DNA of 64,000 bases, from assembly GCF_009914755.1 (NCBI RefSeq), contig NC_060929.1; one strand, given 5' to 3'. This stretch comes from the human T2T-CHM13v2.0 reference genome, Homo sapiens. The translations under genes were made by a program, and so were the position numbers. The notes beneath the pieces were generated by a model. It was not told where the DNA came from, searched no databases, and saw only the letters and a list, made by a program, of their open reading frames with translations. This document shows, piece by piece, positions 26,706-39,870 of this stretch (the stretch's first letter is position 1; each line of letters begins with the position of its first letter).

Positions 26706-26990
26706 AACTGGGCATGATGGCTCACATCTGTAATCCCAGCACTTTGGGAGGCTGAGGCGGGAGGATTGCTTAAGCCCAGGAGTTTAAGACAAACCTGGCA
26801 ACATAGTGAGACCCCATCTTTACAAAAAAAGAAAAAAAAATTAACCACGTGTGGTGGTCCATGCCTGTAGTCCCAGCTACCTGGGAGACCAAGGTGGGAA
26901 TATTGCTTAAGCCCAGGAGATTAAAACTTCAGTGAGCTGTGATTGAGCCACTATACTCCAGCCTGGGTGACCCTGTCTCAAAATAAATAT
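26706..26990 (+). mobile_element. AluJ-like
   Basis: GGAGGATTGCTTAAGCCCAGGAGTT..CAACATAGTGAGACCCC. Confidence 0.93.
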
Positions 26991-28382
26991 TATTACTAAA
27001 TATGATTAATAAATATTATATTTACTAACAGTTTAAATATCTTCATTGATCTCCCTTTTATACCCCTGGAAAGATCATCTTTCCTTTCCATAAACCATTT
27101 GCTTGCTTCTTGACATTGTAGTAAAGAATCATAATCTTTGTATACTACTTAGCAGTCTATTTCAAAGTGTTAGTTAATATAGGATTTACTATAGATACCA
27201 AGAACTTATTATTCATAGAAGCCTATTATTTCAAGCTATATGAGGAACAACCATGTGTAATCGTTTGTTTAAATGACTCATTTGGGGATTCTGCCACCTT
27301 TGAAATAAATGATCATATGTATGTGAACTCAAGTACAGGAAAGTAGAAAATTTTCTGGGGGTTCTGGATTAAAAAAAAATCAACTGTGATTATTTGTCAA
27401 GGATCCGTTTGTCATTTTATTTTCCTCCTTCTCCCTTTCTCTCTCACACATAGCAACATGCATTTATATACAGACAACTATATGTCTACTCTCTCTCAAG
27501 AAGTGTTAAAAAAAAAAAAAAACCTCAGAAGAGCTTAAGTTACTGTAACAGACTTTCCCAATAAAAGCTCTGTTCTTCAACACAGAGTCCCCAAAATCAG
27601 TTTCGTTTTACAGCACTGCTCTTTTCTTGTGATCTCTTAGTTATCTTCTGCGCTTATTTCTATTTGTCACTTTCCTGATACCCCCTTGTTTCAGGCTTCC
27701 ACTGCCAACAGCTGAGATCATATCCTCCCATCCCTGATATCTGGTTCCTGCCACCAAACTTTACCCCGGTGCAATAGTCAAATACGGATGTGGGTCTAAT
27801 GATCTCTAATTACCAGGCCTGGTATGCATTGGCATCCCAGTTGGTGACAGTTGGAGAAAATTTTGAATAAAATACCTACATTTGTATGCCGGTTTTCATG
27901 TCTATTTTAAATAAGTACCTTTTAAACTCTAAAGTTGGTTGCCATTGTTTAATCATTGTGAGATACTAAACACTACATAGAGGGATTTATAACAGTTTTC
28001 CATAAGAACATTAGGTAGGCAGCTTTCAAATCATCAATATATTGTAAATTAAGTATGTAATAATTAACATTTAAAAAATTATGCGGGAGGGTAATTATAG
28101 AATTGTAGAGCTTGGACTGTTCTTTGATGATAGAGCAAGGAAACATTACAGTGCTATGCACTGTAACTTGAAAACTCAATTTGCTTTACTGGCATATACT
28201 AGTATTAATCATTTTTAAAGGATTTTTTTTCAAATGGCATCTAAATTTAGGTTCCCACCTCCCTTATTGCATCACTGTCCCCAAAATGAAACAGTTCCCC
28301 AACACATGCCATTGGCTCTTCTTAAATACATCCTAGCTATTTCATGTTGTTATGTCTAAGGGTTGAGAATACTGTATGCTAA

Positions 28383-29527
28383 CTTTTTTACTTTTTCATT
28401 ATTTTAAGGTCCTGGGTATATGTGCAGGATGTGCATGTTTGTTACATAGATAAACGTGCTCCATGGTGGTTTGCTGTACGTATCAACTCATCACCTAAGC
28501 ATTAATCCCAGCATGCATTAGCTATTTTTCCTGATGATCTCCCTTCCCCTTCACACCCCCACCCTGGACAGGCCCCAGTGTGTGTTGTTCCCCTCCCTGT
28601 ATCCATGTGTTCTCATTGTTCAGCTCCCACTTATGAGTGAGAACATGTGGTGTTTGGTTTTTTGTTCCTGCATTAATTTGCTAAGGATACTGGCTTGCAG
28701 TTCCATCCATGTGCCTGCAAAGGACATGATCTCATTCCTTTTTATGAGTGCATAGTATTCCATAGTATATATGTACCACATTTTATTTATCCAGTCTATC
28801 ATTGAGCATTTGGGTTGATTCCATGTCTTTACTATTGTGAATAGTGCTGCAGTGAACATAGGCATGCATGTATCTTTAAATAGAATGATTTATATTCCTT
28901 TGGGTATATACCCCTTAATGTGATTGCTGGCTCAAATAGTATTTCTGGTTTTAGGTCTTTGAGGAATCTATACACTGTCTTCCACAATTGCTTAACTAAT
29001 TTACATTCCCATCAATGGTGTAAAAGCTTTCCTACCTCTTCACAGCCTCGCCAGCATCTGTTGTTTCTTGACTTTTTAATAATAGCCATTCTGACTGCTG
29101 TAAGATGGTATCTCATTGTAGTTTTGATTTGCATATTTCTAATGATCAGTGATGTTGAGCTTTTTTTCATATGGTTGTTGCCTGCATAAATGTCTTCCTT
29201 TGAGAAGTGTCTGTTCAGTCTTTGCCCACTTTTTAGTGTTTTTTTTTTTTCTTGTAAATTTGTTTAAGTACCTTGTAGACTGTGGATATTAGACCTTTGT
29301 GAGATGGATTTGCAAAAATTTTCTCCCATTCTGTAGGTTGTTGGTTTGCTCTACTGATAGTTTATTTTGCTATGCAGAAACTCTTTTTTAATTATATACC
29401 ATTTGTCAATTTTTGCTTTTGTTGCAATTGCTTTTGACATTTTCATCATGAAATTCTTGCCTGTGCCTATCTCCTGAATGGTGTTGCCTAGATTTTCTTC
29501 TAGGATTTCTGTAGTTTGGGATTTTAC
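28383..29527 (-). mobile_element. 5'-truncated L1PA (about L1PA8-13), 3' UTR and ORF2 C-terminus
   Basis: ORF 28620-28865 matches the ORF2p C-terminus (MFTAALFTIVKTWNQPKCS...KMWYIYTMEYY...MFSLISGS); typical L1PA 3' UTR. Confidence 0.93.
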
Positions 29528-30530
29528 AAGCTAGATAGAGAAGGTTTCTGGATGAGAGCCTCCTTCTTTGATTTCTGACTGATAGGAATAAAAGAGAAAG
29601 AGGTATGATATTTTAAGGGCAGCAAAGACAACTAAAATTTCTAGATGACTTACTTTGGCTCTTCAACGAGGTAAGACCTTTAAATGGAACAGGCAATGCT
29701 CTGTTTAACTTTTTATATCCAGAATAAAAAATGGACATAGGGTTCCCATTAACAGCTGTGAGTCTCTTGGCCACTGTTTTTGCCTTTAGATATGTCTGCA
29801 GTGTTTTTTATTATTCCATAATGAGGATCTCTGCCATGCAAATGTCATTCCCTAGTAATATGTGAGATATCCAAGAAAATGCATTAATATTGCTAGCTCA
29901 CTAGGGCACTATTGAGAGTGCTGGAGAGGTAACTTACTGCCAGAATGTGATGCCAACACAGAGCACTAGGACCCCGTCTAAGTCTTCACACATATACACA
30001 GGGCAGTCAGACTCTGAGTTCAGTGGGGTTCATTTTCATATCCCTGACTTATAATTACTCATTGTTTTTCTTATTTAATAAAAGAATGGAATATGAGACA
30101 ACCATGTGAAATGATAACTTTAGAAAATGAATGTATGCAGAGGTTGTAGAGCAGACAAATATAAAGAGATATTCACTCAAAATCTGACAAATGGCAGCAC
30201 TGGAGGCCTCCTAGTAGAAAGGAAAGAAGTGAAGACTTTGAATTTAAGCTCTGCTTCTAATTTATTTAAAATAAGAGGGTTTTTTTTTTTAAACACCTGC
30301 CTTCTTCTCTCCCTGACCCTAAGTTTTAAGAATTCCTGATAACAACATGTATATTCTATTTCTTAAAGAGACATATAATATAAGCTGAAGTTCAGTTAAC
30401 TTGCAAACAGTTTTTGGTTCCTAGTTCAAGGAATACTTTCTCACTCTGGTTTCTGTTCTAATTTAAGTCCTAATTCTTCTCTCTGCTTGGTTATGAAAAA
30501 AGAGAAAGTCCATTACAGTATATTTGATAA

Positions 30531-30845
<315 letters not shown>

Positions 30846-31789
30846 GGTAAAATATGGTTTTAAAGAAAAAAAAATATGAGATTTCTAGGTAATTTAACAT
30901 GAATCAATACCAATGACCAATTAATGGCTGTGATGACTTATCTTCTTCACAATGTTGAGATTCTCAGAGGGGCCTGCCAAGTATACTAAGTAACTCAAAT
31001 GTTTTATTACTTGATAATGATTAATACATAAGAACATTGTGTCTATTTCACTCTTCAAAAAACTGAAATATTTTAAATGCAATAGCTCATCTTATTTGGA
31101 TTTTTAAAGGGTATATTGTTTATTATTTCTTGAAATATCCACTTTATTATTTCAAGCAATGAAACAATTCCCACGATGGATTATCTTTCCTGCTTCCTAA
31201 CACACACATTCAGTCTTTTTAGAATAGCCTGTCAGAAAAACATATATGTATTATTTATTTACATGATTTGTTAGTGAAGTGTAATTATTAGTAACTGACA
31301 TGATAACAATGGACACATACTTTAACTGTTGCAGAAAGGATTTTTATCCCAATACTTCTTATTCAATAGAAACCAATTTTATTCTTATGGTTTAGTTTAT
31401 ATTGAAGATATTCTCCTTCAATATAATATAGTTTACTTCTAATGGAAAGAAAGTGTTTGTGTGCCTGGGATAGATCATACATCATACAGAAGAATACAGA
31501 ATGTTTATGGAAATACAGTATTTGTATACTTATCTTTAGCAAAATCATAGAGATGGATGGTTCTTTATTTTGTAGAAACATACCATTATGAATAGTGAGG
31601 TATTATGCTTAAGATGTATTTTGTCATAAAATTGAAGCAAAAGCCTCAATTTGGATGTATGTAAAAAACAAAATCATTTTAAAATGCAACAATGAAGACA
31701 ATTAAACATTTTCAATTGTTTTATACCATTTCGACAAAATATGTTCTCTTAAATATTTTACTTCAGTCGAAAATATCTCTATATCCTCC

Positions 31790-32020
31790 CTGATCCTCTA
31801 GAGTAAAGGGGAGTTCTGCATCTTTATGTTACCATGTGACACTCCTTTATTGTCTTAATCACAGTTGTAATTTTACATTTATTTTAATGGTTACTTAATG
31901 CCAGCATCCCACACTAGACTGTAAGTTCTGTAAGGGCAAGCATAGTGCTTTTTTAACTCATGATTTAGTCTTGTGTTTCTAACCCAAATTAAAACACGTA
32001 GCAAAAATAAATAGTTATTT
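31790..32020 (+). mobile_element. L2 3' relic
   Basis: CCCACACTAGACTGTAAGTTCTGTAAGGGCAAG..AATAAATAGTT. Confidence 0.7.
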
Positions 32021-32414
32021 AATAATTTATCTAACTCTGCTATTTTACTCTATAGTTTTACTTTCTGACATTTTAGGTCTTCTTAGAAGCCACATCAAAT
32101 GATTGAATCAAGGCAGATATTATGAATCCAGACCTATAAGAAAATTGATCAGCCTTCTATTTGATGAATAAAAGCAGAGTGACCTAAAGCCCCAGTAAGA
32201 CAGTGAAAAGAACTACCTTCTACAGTTCTAGTCCAGCCAGTAACTGGTCTTCATTCCCCTTGGCAACTCACTGAGGTACATTGGAAATCTGTTTTTGCAA
32301 TTTAGCCTGGGGAGACTGAGATAGATTCTTAATTTTCAAGACAAATTCCAGGGTTATTTTTTTGGTGGTTCCCACAAAGTGAACTGCCTGAGGGGGCAGA
32401 GTTCTGCCCCTTAC

Positions 32415-32505
32415 CTTAAACCAGAGTAACTTCATTATTTTCGATTTAGCTCTAAAGAACTATGACTGTATGTAGAAATATCTGTGGAATGACATTTTCT
32501 AGGCT
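32415..32505 (-). other. Candidate non-coding exon (91 nt)
   Basis: Minus strand: ccactttttccattctcag|AGCC...TAAG|gtaagg; stops in all three frames. Confidence 0.3.
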
Positions 32506-32881
32506 CTGAGAATGGAAAAAGTGGTCTTGTTTTCACCCTCATCACCTTGAATGTGATAAACATAACACAGTAGGATTTTATTCTTTTCTGTAACTTCTGT
32601 TCTAACATCAAAAATAATTGAACATTTGCAGTTGAAAACATACACTTGGAATTTATTTGGATATTATGTAAACTCTACTAATGTGTAAAAACCATTCTGA
32701 AAAGAATATTTAAACCATAGTTTTTAAATCAGATGGGAGGGCATTGAACTATAAAACCCTGGGGAAGGAAAGGGCAAAAGACAGCTTATTCCTTCTAGCT
32801 TTATTCATTTAACACTTATTCTAAAAGGGATATAAAGGTTAACAAGTGATTATATATCATTTATACATAATCTGGACATAC

Positions 32882-32928
32882 ATATTCATGCCTTGGTCTT
32901 AATATTCATGCCTTGGTCTTAATATTCA
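32882..32928. repeat. Perfect 20-bp tandem duplication
   Basis: ATATTCATGCCTTGGTCTTA x2 plus ATATTCA. Confidence 0.95.
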
Positions 32929-33714
32929 GCATTTCTTGGTAATATCCCTTAAGGACATCAAAGGATCAGCATTTAAAGTCATTTTGATATCTAAAAATAT
33001 GCTGTTTGTGCCTGATTAATGTATACAGGAGGCATAGGCAAAACTGGAGGTGGTGCCCAGGCTCTGACATGCTGAAGGGGAGGTACATGCTACTTTTGAT
33101 GAAGATGAAAGTTCCTGTTGGGTCCAGGAAAAACATACTACCCATCCATGTTTCTGAAAGTCAGGTAATTCTAATTGTCTAAGCTGTTTTAGCTTCCAGT
33201 GGGAAGGTTCATTGCAATATATATATCCAAGGAAAAACAACAACCAACTAAACAAACAAAATGTATTTCCATCCTGTTTCTGTTACCTGCTATTATTTCA
33301 AACAAGTTCAATTTTAAAGAACAAAATTTTCTATTACTACATTTACTTGGGCAGAAAGAAAAAGAAATGTGTGTTGACACTAGTCTTCCAAGGAGCACTG
33401 ATGTCATCTGGAGAAAAATAATCAAAAGGAATCTAAGGATGGTGAAAGCTCTAGTTCATATTATGTTTGAATTTTGACAGTCCCAACACTTGCAACCTTT
33501 GTAAGTGATGGAGAGAGAAACACATAATGTAAAATGCGTTATTGGATGATTCTACAGGGACTTGGGAGTCCTATGTCCCTTTGGTCAAAGCTGAATAAAA
33601 TGGTGCTTAAAGTCAAGGAAATGCGCACAGAAAACGACTAAGACAGGAGTAGCAGGAAGTAATTTCACTTAAACATTTCTGTGATCAAAGTTCAGGGAAC
33701 CGAGAGAGTAAGAA

Positions 33715-33916
33715 ATAGCAGAATGTTGTGAATAGAACCTTGATTTTCTAAATAAAACATAAAAGGTTTAATCTCAGCTCTGGCACCTGCTAGATATTAG
33801 ATATGTGATCTTGGGAATAGTTTTTACCTCTCGTAACTGAGTTCATCAGCGGTGAATGGGGACACACCATCCTACCTTGCCTGGTGGGGAGAAGATCACA
33901 TATGTAAAAGAGCCAA
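33715..33916. mobile_element. MIR
   Basis: GGTTTAATCTCAGCTCTGGCACCTGCTAG..TGTGATCTTGGGAATAG..TTCATCAGCGGTGAATGGGGA. Confidence 0.7.
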
Positions 33917-34220
33917 GGCTGGGCTCGGTGGCTCACACCTGTAATCCCAGCACTTTGGGAGGCCGAGATGGGTGGATCACGAGGTCAGGAGATCGAGGCC
34001 ATCCTGGCTAACACTGTGCAACCCTGTCTCTACTAAAAATACAAAAAATTAGCCGGGCGTGGTGGCGGGTGCCTGTAGTCCCAGCTACTCGGGAGGCTGA
34101 GGCAGGAGAATGGCGTGAACCCAGGAGGCGGAGCTTGCAGTGAGCCAAGATAGCCACTGCAGTCCAGCCGGGGTGACAGAGCGAGACTCCGTCTCAAAAC
34201 AAAAAAAGGGGGAAAAAAAA
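33917..34220 (+). mobile_element. AluY
   Basis: GATCACGAGGTCAGGAGATCGAG, GGCTAACAC, GAATGGCGTGAACCC, GGAGCTTGCAGTGAG; TSD AAAAGAGCCAA. Confidence 0.96.
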
Positions 34221-34239
34221 GAGCCAAATATGCTTCCTG

Positions 34240-35130
34240 GACCTTTTATGTCTTTATTATTACATAAAACACTTATGTTATCTATGCCGTAGGTGCTGGG
34301 ATCTAATGGCAAGACAACACGAAGTCCCAATTTTAATCAAATTTAAATTCTAATAAGGAGATAAATATTAAGTAACAATCACAAGGAAAAATATAGTAGT
34401 TACAATGTAAATAGGCTATTTATAGAAAAGTCCAGGAGAAATGACAGCATAGTTGACATTTTAGTGCTATAAAGAGAAAATGCAGGATTCCAGGACAGCA
34501 ATAAAATGACTATGGGATGAGGGCAGAGCAGGGGCAAAGTGAGGAAGAAAGATTCTCTGGGGTGGCATTGAGTTGGAATCTGAAGAGTTAACTGTTTTAA
34601 AAATGTGCTTGGAAGTTTGGAAAAGAGCAGCCCATGCCTAAATGGAGAAGAGAGGACAGAGCTTATGTTTAGGCCCAGGGGCAGGAGAAGGTCAGTGCCT
34701 TCTCCAAACTGGCGAGAAAGCCAATGTGATCAGGGTATGGAGAGTGTGAGTAGATGGAGGATGAAGAGGAGCGTGAGGGTGTAGATAAGGCCCTGTAGGC
34801 AATGTATAGAATCTTCATTATTTCGATATAATGATCTAAAATATCAAAATATAAAAATCTTTGTTTATTGATGTAGCAATGGGGAACAATAGCAGGCTTT
34901 CATCACGACAGTTGCATTATCAGTTATATTTGGAAAGATCATTCTGCCAAAAATGCTTGGGAGGTGACAAGAATAGATGTGGGAGACCTGATAGGATTGA
35001 ATTATATGGGTTCTCTCTGAGGGAGGATGGTAGCAGAGCTAGCAGGGAAAGAACAGAGAAAAGGGAACTTGCCAAGGTAGATTAGTATGTAGTAGCTCCA
35101 ACTCAGTGAATGTGGAAAGGATCAGGATGA
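34240..35130 (-). mobile_element. L2 relic
   Basis: CTATGCCGTAGGTGCTGGGA..AAGACA; GGCATTGAGTTGGAATCTGAAG; TATATTTGGAAAGATCATTCTG. Confidence 0.65.
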
Positions 35131-35569
35131 TTTAAAAGCCCTCCACTTTCCCATATCCCGTAGTGCACAGACTCCAGTGTTTGTAATTTGACATTCATAT
35201 TGATATAGTCTTTTGACAAACACCCCAGAGAGGACTATATAGCATATCAAGTCTGTCACACTGTGTGCACTAATTTTGCCAAATTATTTAATTTGCTTAA
35301 GAGTTTTGAGTTCATTGGGATGAAAGTGGAAGCAAAAATTGGGGGGTGGGATATTAAACTTAGAATAAGAAATCAACTCTTCTTTAGAGTTTTCTTACAG
35401 TTAACTATGCCAAAAGGGAATAGGAAGAAACTAGATTGCTGTGTATGTAGTTGATTTTTAAATGATACTGTGTGAGGTTAAATATGAAGTGCAATGATTT
35501 GTTTAAAAAGTGAATTAGGGCAAGTAGTGGCATATGCTTCTTTAAACACTTTGTTTCTGTGAAATAAGA

Positions 35570-35810
35570 ATAAGTAACATTTTAGACTACTTGCTATGCT
35601 CCAGGTATCATAATAAATGTGTTACAAGCATGACTTTATGGGTTCTAACACAACCGCCAGTGAATTGTACATGTAATATCCCATTTTACAGGTAAGGAAA
35701 CAGAAGGTTTCAAAGTTAAGGACTGACCCAAGAACTTAGCTGATACCTAATGCAAACAGGACTTCCGGATAGTGTAAATTCAGAGCATCTGCTTTTTAAC
35801 TTCCGTATCA
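35570..35810. mobile_element. MIR
   Basis: ATCCCATTTTACAGGTAAGGAAACAGAAGGTT..GTTAAGGACTGACCCAAG. Confidence 0.75.
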
Positions 35811-36559
35811 CACTAACTACTTGTTTAAATATAAATGTACTTTTATTAAACCTATCCTTTTAAATATCCTAGATGATCAGGTGTGCTGGCTTAGTCTCGC
35901 TTTCTGCTTCCTTTCTCCACTTTCACTTTAAAGCTCTCCCATTCTTCTTCCTTCTTTTCTTTCTTGCTCTTTTCAATCCCCTCCTGTTTTTTTCCTTGCT
36001 TATTAAGGCTGATAAATTTAAAGCCTTCATTTCTTTTTTGTAGGGCTCCTTTTTGCACCTCATTTCATCCACCTCTCCTGATCTAACTCTCCTTTTCTGA
36101 TTACACTCCCATCATCTCTGGTTTGACTTTCTGAGCTAAATCCTTCAATCACAGGACTTCCCACTGATGATCGCCTTCAGAAATCTTACTATGGCCACAG
36201 TAGTTGCAGACAAGATTTATTTCATCTTTGACCTGAATCAGTATTATAAAATCTAGCCACCTTTGTGGATATCCTTGACAAGTGGGGTCAGGAATGGAAA
36301 CAAAACCCCATGTTTCAAAAATAGATTGTAAGTATAGATTTAAATAAAATGGAAAATACCAATTTACAACTACTTATTTTTATTATTCCCAGTGAAATGA
36401 ACTCAGTATAGTTCCTTCTTTTGTAAGTCAAAAACTTAAATTAGAATCAAAATACTGTTTTTTTTAATTACAGGAAGAGACTTATATATGCAAACTGGGA
36501 AAGTACCATATTGTGAAATCGGAAGAGAATCATAAATGGTCAGTAGTGAAGGTTCTTAC

Positions 36560-36635
36560 CTTTTCTTCTTTCACGAAATACGTGGTAAGAAGTGATGTTA
36601 ACAAAGTCACTTTACAAGCACCTAGCTAATTAATC
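36560..36635 (-). other. Candidate non-coding exon (76 nt)
   Basis: Minus strand: gattttacttttccctcag|GATT...GAAAAG|gtaaga; stops in all three frames. Confidence 0.3.
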
Positions 36636-37299
36636 CTGAGGGAAAAGTAAAATCATTATTCAAGTACTCTGCTTACAGAGTACAAGAGTTTTACCACCTG
36701 TTTTTCTCCCATTCAAGATGGAGGCACGTGATTCCAAGAAAAAATTGTAATGTACAAATGAACCAAAAATGTTAAGAATAATTAAACTAAGAGATCCCGC
36801 CATCCATAAAGTTGGTGCCACCTCATTTGAGAACTTTAGAGTTTTCAGTACAAAAACAATACTAGCAAAAACGGAATATGAAATGAATCACAAACTCTGA
36901 GAGTTCAAGTATGGCTTGGCAATGTATGTGTAATCAGTCTTTGTCAGCCCCTCAAGGACTTGTAAACGTGTGTAAAAGGAGAAGTCTGTTGTCTTCTATA
37001 TCATTAGAAAATTTCCTGCTAGATTCTTTTGTTTGTTGGCATCATTTTATACTGATACTTTTCTTTGTGAAAATAAAAATGAAAAGATTTAAAAAGAAGT
37101 CTTAATCTTTATGCCGTATTTGAGATTCATATTAGAGGGAAATGTAAGCAAAGAAAACAGGGCTAAGGTAAGGAGATGGGGGAACACTAGATGAATGGTA
37201 AGACAGAGGCAAAAAATAGGAAACTAACAAGGCTAATATCAAATAGCTCTGCTAAAGGTGCATTGAAATATGAATTGATGCAGAGCCCTGATGCATGGA

Positions 37300-37660
37300 C
37301 TTTCTCCTTGCCTCCTGTGCCTGCAGTAGCTTCTCCAACTTGAATGTAGCAGCCGAATTCTACTCTTCAGTGCTTTGCATGCTCTTTTGGTCTGGAATGC
37401 TCTTGTCCTTGAATGTTATTTGACTGACTTCTCCACTGTTTCCAGATCTTTACTTAAATATCACATTCTCACTATTGCCCTCCATATTCGCCCAATTCAA
37501 AACTATAACCTATATACCCTCATCTCTTCCTCCTCACCCTTGAACCTGTCAAAATTCTGAGGTATTTATCTTATGCTGTTTTTACCATAGTCCCTTTTTG
37601 TCTATCAGATCATTTACCTATGTAAATTAGGATGTTAAAAATGTTCAGAAATGAATGAAA
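37300..37660 (+). mobile_element. L2 relic
   Basis: GCTTTGCATGCTCTTTTGGTCTGGAATGCTCTT..CAGATCTTTACTTAAATATCAC. Confidence 0.65.
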
Positions 37661-38169
37661 ATAAATAAAAATTGATATAATAAGGACAGTGGCCATTAAT
37701 GTGAAGAAGGAAGGATAAAAGGAAAGAAAGACAAGTTATTTTGTTTTTACATTTAAAAAAAAAAAAACAAATACAAAGACATGGGAACAAAAAAAGTGTT
37801 GTATTGAGGGTATTTTAGTTTGAGATTATAAAGAAGGAATAGCTAAACGGATACTTGCTATCGCTTCCTAATGAACCACAGGATAGCTGTGGATAAACAA
37901 TATTTGTGAGGGGAAGTGTTTTGTCTATTGTCTGAAAATGGGGAGAGCATCAAAGTTTGTTATCTCTCATAATCTCTGTATTTAATTCAGGAAAAATTAA
38001 CTGTAGTTCCAAGGATCTGAACAGATGGCTCCCGGCTGAATCTTACCACCCGATATGTTTTATTAGGCAATGATAGCAATTTTAAATTTATAAAATGTGG
38101 GAGAATTGAGCTGAGCTATCAGCCCTCCGCCCACTTGCCATTGTCCTACACCTGACCCGTGCACATTAC

Positions 38170-38258
38170 CTGTAGAACCTCTCAAGGGATCTGGATCTGT
38201 TACCCCAGATTTATCTTTTGGGTATTGTAGGACTTCCTTGCTTAAGATCAAAACACAA
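38170..38258 (-). other. Candidate exon (89 nt), one frame open
   Basis: Minus strand: ttttatctctctttgtag|TTGT...CTACAG|gtaatg; open frame CVLILSKEVLQYPKDKSGVTDPDPLRGST, not recognised. Confidence 0.33.
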
Positions 38259-39389
38259 CTACAAAGAGAGATAAAACTCCAAATATTGAGTATAATTCCT
38301 GTTTTATTTAATCACATTACAAAAAAAGGCAGCTGACAGGATAATTATTGGTTCTGTAAGAGTCCAGGGAAGATTCTGCAGTTTACAAACAGAATAAATT
38401 CAGAAGATTGTTAATTTTCTGAATAGATACAAACATCAGTATTGCAAGCTCCTCTCGTGAACTGCTGTATGATCATGTTGGGAGTTTTCCAACAGAATCC
38501 ACCAGACCATGTGAGCTTAGGATCTCATAGAAACCCCATTATTCTGTCTTAGAAGAAATATCTTGAGAGAAAAAATGTATTGGAGGAAACCAGCGTATTT
38601 TAAAGTTTTCCCAAATTGGGCACTTTTATAATTTGGTTTTTCTATTAACATTGTGACAGATGAGAACATATACAACTATTTCTTTTCTCACAATCTTTCA
38701 CAAATAGACATCTCATGTAATTTTCACTTCCAAATATATACATAATTCTGCTAATTTCCTTTCTTAATCCTCCACAAACATTTGCCGCCCACATGTTTAG
38801 GAAAAGGTATCACTAGATAGGAACAGTTAAATGTGGTCTTTTCAGAACCAGTTTGGGAGCATTTCCTGTTTCCCTGGTTTCTAGTGACAGTTCATAATGG
38901 TTTGAAAGCAGACTATCTCCTACGTTTATAATTTATGTCAAAACGACCATTCCCACCTCAAGATATAACCCTAAATTAAGCATGCTTCATGTGTCTCAAA
39001 AGAATTATTTGCCTTTTGCTGGGAAAAAAAAATTCTTTATACTTATACACAAATGAATTTCAGAGGAAAAGAGAATTATAGTTAGGAAACTTAGGTAATG
39101 ATAACACAGGTAGAGAAAAAACCTAGGAGAGAGCCAAAAGTTTACATTTTGACAGAAGTTTAGATTAGTCATTTTAAATGTCATTCTATAGAATGTCACT
39201 GGAATGCATAAACAAGTTAATTAGTTTAGTTTTCTTTGTTTCTTCTTTTGCTAAATCCAGGCAAACAAAATGGGATTCCAAAAGCAGAAATAAAGAAAAA
39301 AAGCCGTTTATCCCCCTTAATCCCAAGATTCCTGATTTGGGGTCTTTCAGTGTTTCGATGCTTCTGGTAACGTGTTCATTCAAATATAA

Positions 39390-39870
39390 ATGCGATCCGC
39401 ATCAAAGGCTTAACATTCAGATTAACCACTTTTTTGCATCTCACCTCTTTTTAGTTTGAACTTGGAATCTCCTCCATGTACAGACCACTAATGAGAAAAT
39501 CCTTGCTTATGAATTCAGTTCAGAATTGGAGCAGTTTTCCCCCTCTCTCCTTTTGCATAATGTCTGCTTTGAAGTCAGGCAGTCCAAGAAAGTGATTGAT
39601 CTCACCCACGTTCATAACTTTTTCAAAGTACTGCCGATATCATTAAATTTTAATTAACCCTTTGAGCTCCTTCTATGATGTAAAGATGAGGGAACATCAA
39701 AGGCTCATGTGTTGGAACAGCAGTGGCATCTTTTGTGCTCACATAGCTTTTTAGAAGATCTCTAAGATGCAAATATTTCAATGGGGCCTTCAGCTTATTT
39801 TTTGTGTGTCTATGACATTGTTATGCTGTTGCAGGGATAGAGCTAAAATCCATTGTTAGTCTTTCAAAGC
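39390..39870. promoter_or_regulatory. Candidate enhancer: TCF/LEF, octamer and SOX motif cluster
   Basis: CATCAAAGG 39400, CTTTGAAG 39567, TTCAAAG 39622, CCTTTGAG 39659, ACATCAAAGG 39694, ATGCAAAT 39767, CATTGTTATGCT 39816, CCATTGTT 39850, TTCAAAG 39863; no recognisable repeat. Confidence 0.35.

Noticed and set aside
32882-32928. Direct repeats as a CRISPR-like array
   Set aside because: Only two adjacent copies without spacers, in primate DNA; a simple tandem duplication.
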